The translations under genes and the position numbers were made by a program. From contig OX597840.1 of NCBI GenBank assembly GCA_951406725.2, positions 124,001-188,000 of the forward strand: a stretch of DNA of 64,000 bases, read 5' to 3'. The notes under the pieces are model-generated. The model saw only the letters and a list, made by a program, of their open reading frames with translations, did no database searches and was not told where the DNA came from. This DNA comes from Octopus vulgaris (Eukaryota). This document shows, piece by piece, positions 56,985 through 64,000 of the stretch (position 1 is the first letter of the stretch; each line of letters begins with the position of its first letter).

Positions 56985-57148
56985 CACAGGTTTCTTTCAG
57001 TTTCCCTCTACCAAATTCACTCACAAGGCTTTGGTCGGTCAGAAGCTATAGTAGAAGACACTTGCCCAAGGTGCCATGCTGTGGGACAGAACACGGAACC
57101 ATGTGGTTGGGAAGCAAGATTCTTACCACACAGCCACTCCTGCGCCTA
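56985..57148 (-). mobile_element. SINE family A, 5' head
   Basis: Family A head match. Confidence 0.8.
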
Positions 57149-57479
57149 TATGATATAATATGGTATGGCGTATGATAATGGCGAACACATCATCTTGTTA
57201 TCCCTGTTTAGCCCTAGGCCAACCAAGTTCAGATATATCTATGATACGAGGCATTCATTATATGCCCATCACCTCCAATTTCTTCACCTATCACCCATTT
57301 TGGATTACATTGCACAACGTATGATGCCTTTAAACGTGATATAGTGTAGTTTTAGGGAAATCGACTGTTGTTTTTAGGAGGTCGACCGACTCCTCCATGG
57401 GCGCGTTTATAATGATTTTCTTGGTGATTGTAGTGGTAGTTGCAGTGATGGTGAAAGAGGAAATATTGTTGGTCACGTG

Positions 57480-57595
57480 GATGACGACGAAGGCAACGAT
57501 GACGATAATGGCGGAAGATGATGACGATGATGATGATGATGACGACGAAGACAATGAGGATGACGATAATGGTGGATGATGATTACGATGATTAC

Positions 57596-57627
<32 letters not shown>

Positions 57628-57731
57628 CGGCTATGACTTTGACAACATTGCTACTAATATTAATGATGACGATGATGACGATGATGATGATGATGATGAT
57701 GATGTTGATGCTGATGACGATAATAATAGCA

Positions 57732-57769
<38 letters not shown>

Positions 57770-57897
57770 CTATGATGATTATGATGTTAATAGCAACAAT
57801 GATAATGATGATGATGGCTATGATGATGATAATGAGTACGATGCTAATAGTAACAATAATAATGATGATGATGATGATGCTCATGATAACAGTGATA

Positions 57898-57971
<74 letters not shown>

Positions 57972-58023
57972 GGTGATGATGGCAACGACGATAAGCATGA
58001 CGCTGAAGGCGACGGGGAATGTG

Positions 58024-58070
<47 letters not shown>

Positions 58071-58166
58071 GAGGAAGAAAATGAAGTCTCCACCAAACAA
58101 TGAAGCGCCAACCATTAAGATAACACCTAATCAGCATAATAATTAAGTAATACCAACAACAACAGT

Positions 58167-58204
<38 letters not shown>

Positions 58205-58205
58205 A
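57480..58205. repeat. (GAT)n and (AAC)n triplet arrays
   Basis: Visible. Confidence 0.92.
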
Positions 58206-58359
58206 CAAAGAAAAACAACGATCGATATTAACGAAACGGGGTATGGGTGGGCAAGGGTGGATTGAAGAAAGAGAAGCGAGTATTGAATGTAGTGATGGTA
58301 AGAGGTAAGGAAAAGGAGAGAGAGAGATAGACAGGAGGGAGAGAAAAGATAGAAACAGA

Positions 58360-62090
<3,731 letters not shown>

Positions 62091-62374
62091 TATCTACATA
62101 AGCTAAAGGACATAATATTAATTTTTCATAAAATTTTATGGGTAAAAAGTTAAATTGATTAAAAATCTTGAAAATTATGAAAAAAAAAAAAAATAGAACG
62201 AAAAAAGTTGAAAGAAAAAATTACTATATTTCCATAAATGGTAATATATAGCTTATAGTGAATGCGTGGGAGAGTGCGGAAGGAGAGTAAGGAGTAATGT
62301 AGGGAAGGTCTGCGGAGGGTGACGTTTTATTAGTTGACATGAGTGGGTGTATGTGTGTGTACGTGTGTGTATGT

Positions 62375-62413
<39 letters not shown>

Positions 62414-62459
62414 GTAGAGTGGGAAGATTGGTTAGGTGTAGCAGGGAGAGATGTGCGGT

Positions 62460-62614
62460 CTGAAAAGGAAAGATAGTGTTGGGGAGAGAGAGAGAGAAAG
62501 AGAGGGTGGAGAGGGAGAGAGGAAGAGAGATAGGTGGAGATAGAGAAGGTGAGAAATAGAGGGGGAGAGAGAGAGGAAAAGAGTGAAAGAGATAGATGGA
62601 AATAGGAGACAAAG

Positions 62615-62645
<31 letters not shown>

Positions 62646-63010
62646 AAGATAAGGATGGAGATTGAGAAGAGGAGAAATAGGGTAGCGAGAGAATGAGAGA
62701 GAGAGAGAGAGAGAAGAAGAGAAAGACAGGAAAAGTGATGGAAAATGAGAGGGAGAGGGAGAGAGGGAGATAGAGGAGAAGGAGAGAAGAAACAGTAAAA
62801 AGGAGCAAGGGAGAGAGGAAAAGAGAGTGAGAGAAACAGGGAGCGGAAGAGAGACAGAGAAAGAGAGAGATATAAAGAAAGGAGCTGAAGAAGAGAAAAG
62901 AGAAAGTGTATGAGAGAAATAAAAAAGAGAGCGAAAGTGAAAGAGAGAGAGAGAGTGTATGTGAGAATGAAACGAAAGATAGATAGACAGATAGAGAGAG
63001 TGAGACAGAG
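62460..63010. repeat. Degenerate (GA)n polypurine tract
   Basis: Visible. Confidence 0.85.
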
Positions 63011-63021
63011 GTATATATAAA

Positions 63022-63253
63022 CTGTTGTGTCTGGGGAGAGGCATTTTCTTTTTGTGCCTTGTAATGTAACACACTCACCGGTAAAATTTCCACTTATTTC
63101 TTATTTTTATTTTCGTAAAGACTATTGAAAAGGTTGCAAGACGCAACGAAAATTTTAGGAAAATAAAAATAAGAAATCAGTGGAAATTTTCCCGGTGAGT
63201 GTGTTACATTATAAAGGCAAAAAAAAGAAAATGACTCTCCCCAGACACAACAG
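63022..63253. repeat. Inverted repeat with ~97-bp arms around a hammerhead-like spacer
   Basis: 63022-63119 is the reverse complement of ~63154-63253 with a few mismatches. Confidence 0.88.
63122..63158 (+). ncRNA. Hammerhead-like motif with U3-A8 core
   Basis: cta-TTGAAAA-g-gttgc-aagac-gcaac-GAAA-at-TT-tag. Stem II is a perfect 5 bp and stem I is 3 bp. Confidence 0.55.
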
Positions 63254-63622
63254 AATATGCTTCAACACACGAACTCATATAAAGAAACTTGCAAACCAAA
63301 TCCAAAAACGAAATATATATATATATAACAAATTAATAAATAAAACATATGCATATATACATACATATATGTACGTACCTACATCTACATGTATATATAC
63401 ATGCATATATGGGTATAGGACACCCCCCCAAAAAAAACGTCGAATACAATGAGAAACGAAAACATAAACACAAAACCAAGGAACTGGACATTTTTCTTAA
63501 ACAACGAAAAAATAGAGTACAAGACATACAATACAAGGAAAATTCCCCTTCTTCAGTCGCCTCTGTTTCATCTACTCCACGTTTCGAGACAAAACGCACG
63601 CTTCCATTTCTGAGTAAGTCTG

Positions 63623-63662
<40 letters not shown>

Positions 63663-63664
<2 letters not shown>

Positions 63665-64000
63665 TTTCTCTTTTCTCTTTTCTCTTTTACTTGTTTCAGT
63701 CATTTGACTGCGGCCATGCTGGAGCACCGCCTTTAATCGAGCAACTCGACCCCGGGACTTATTCTTTGTAAGCCCAGTACTTATTCTATCAGTCTCTTTT
63801 TGCCGAACCGCTAAGTAACGGGGGACATGAACACACCAGCATCGGTTGTCAAGCGATGCTAGGGGGACAAACACAGACACACAAACACACATATATATAT
63901 ATACATATATACGACAGGCTTCTTTCAGTTTCCGTCTACCAAATCCACTCACAAGGCATTGGTCGGCCCGGGGCTATAGCAGAAGACACTTGCCCAAGGT
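63663..64000 (-). mobile_element. SINE family A, running off the window end
   Basis: Family A sequence match. Confidence 0.9.

Noticed and set aside
57397-58218. Poly-Asp, poly-Met and poly-His ORFs (also 36127-36823 and 39018-39617)
   Set aside because: They are triplet microsatellite translations.

Overview
This is a repeat-saturated, AT-rich animal genomic window with no protein-coding exon I can support. Roughly half of it is simple repeats ((TA)n, (CA)n, (ATGT)n, (CTAT)n, triplets), and nearly every ORF in the track is a translation of these. The SINE and microsatellite content looks like an octopus (cephalopod) genome, which is an inference. Recognisable elements: three abundant tRNA-derived SINE families plus a CORE-like SINE, a non-autonomous Helitron, a Gypsy integrase remnant split by two SINEs, an R4/Dong-like LINE 5' fragment, CR1/L2-type and RTE LINE fragments, and three mariner remnants. 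Two signals stand out. (1) There are at least seven minimal type-I hammerhead-ribozyme-like motifs in Penelope-like remnants, usually next to (TA)n tracts and sometimes in or beside long fold-back hairpins. Their catalytic cores show all four Watson-Crick combinations at the tertiary 3-8 pair (CTGAAGA, TTGAAAA, ATGAATA, GTGAACA). (2) A 3.3-kb array of 11 head-to-tail 291-bp units at 44165-47509 is built only from the ORF2 C-terminus and 3'UTR of a CR1/L2-type LINE. It starts mid-unit, ends in a real (CTAA)n LINE tail and sits cleanly inside a minisatellite, which fits retrotransposition of a concatemeric or circular template.
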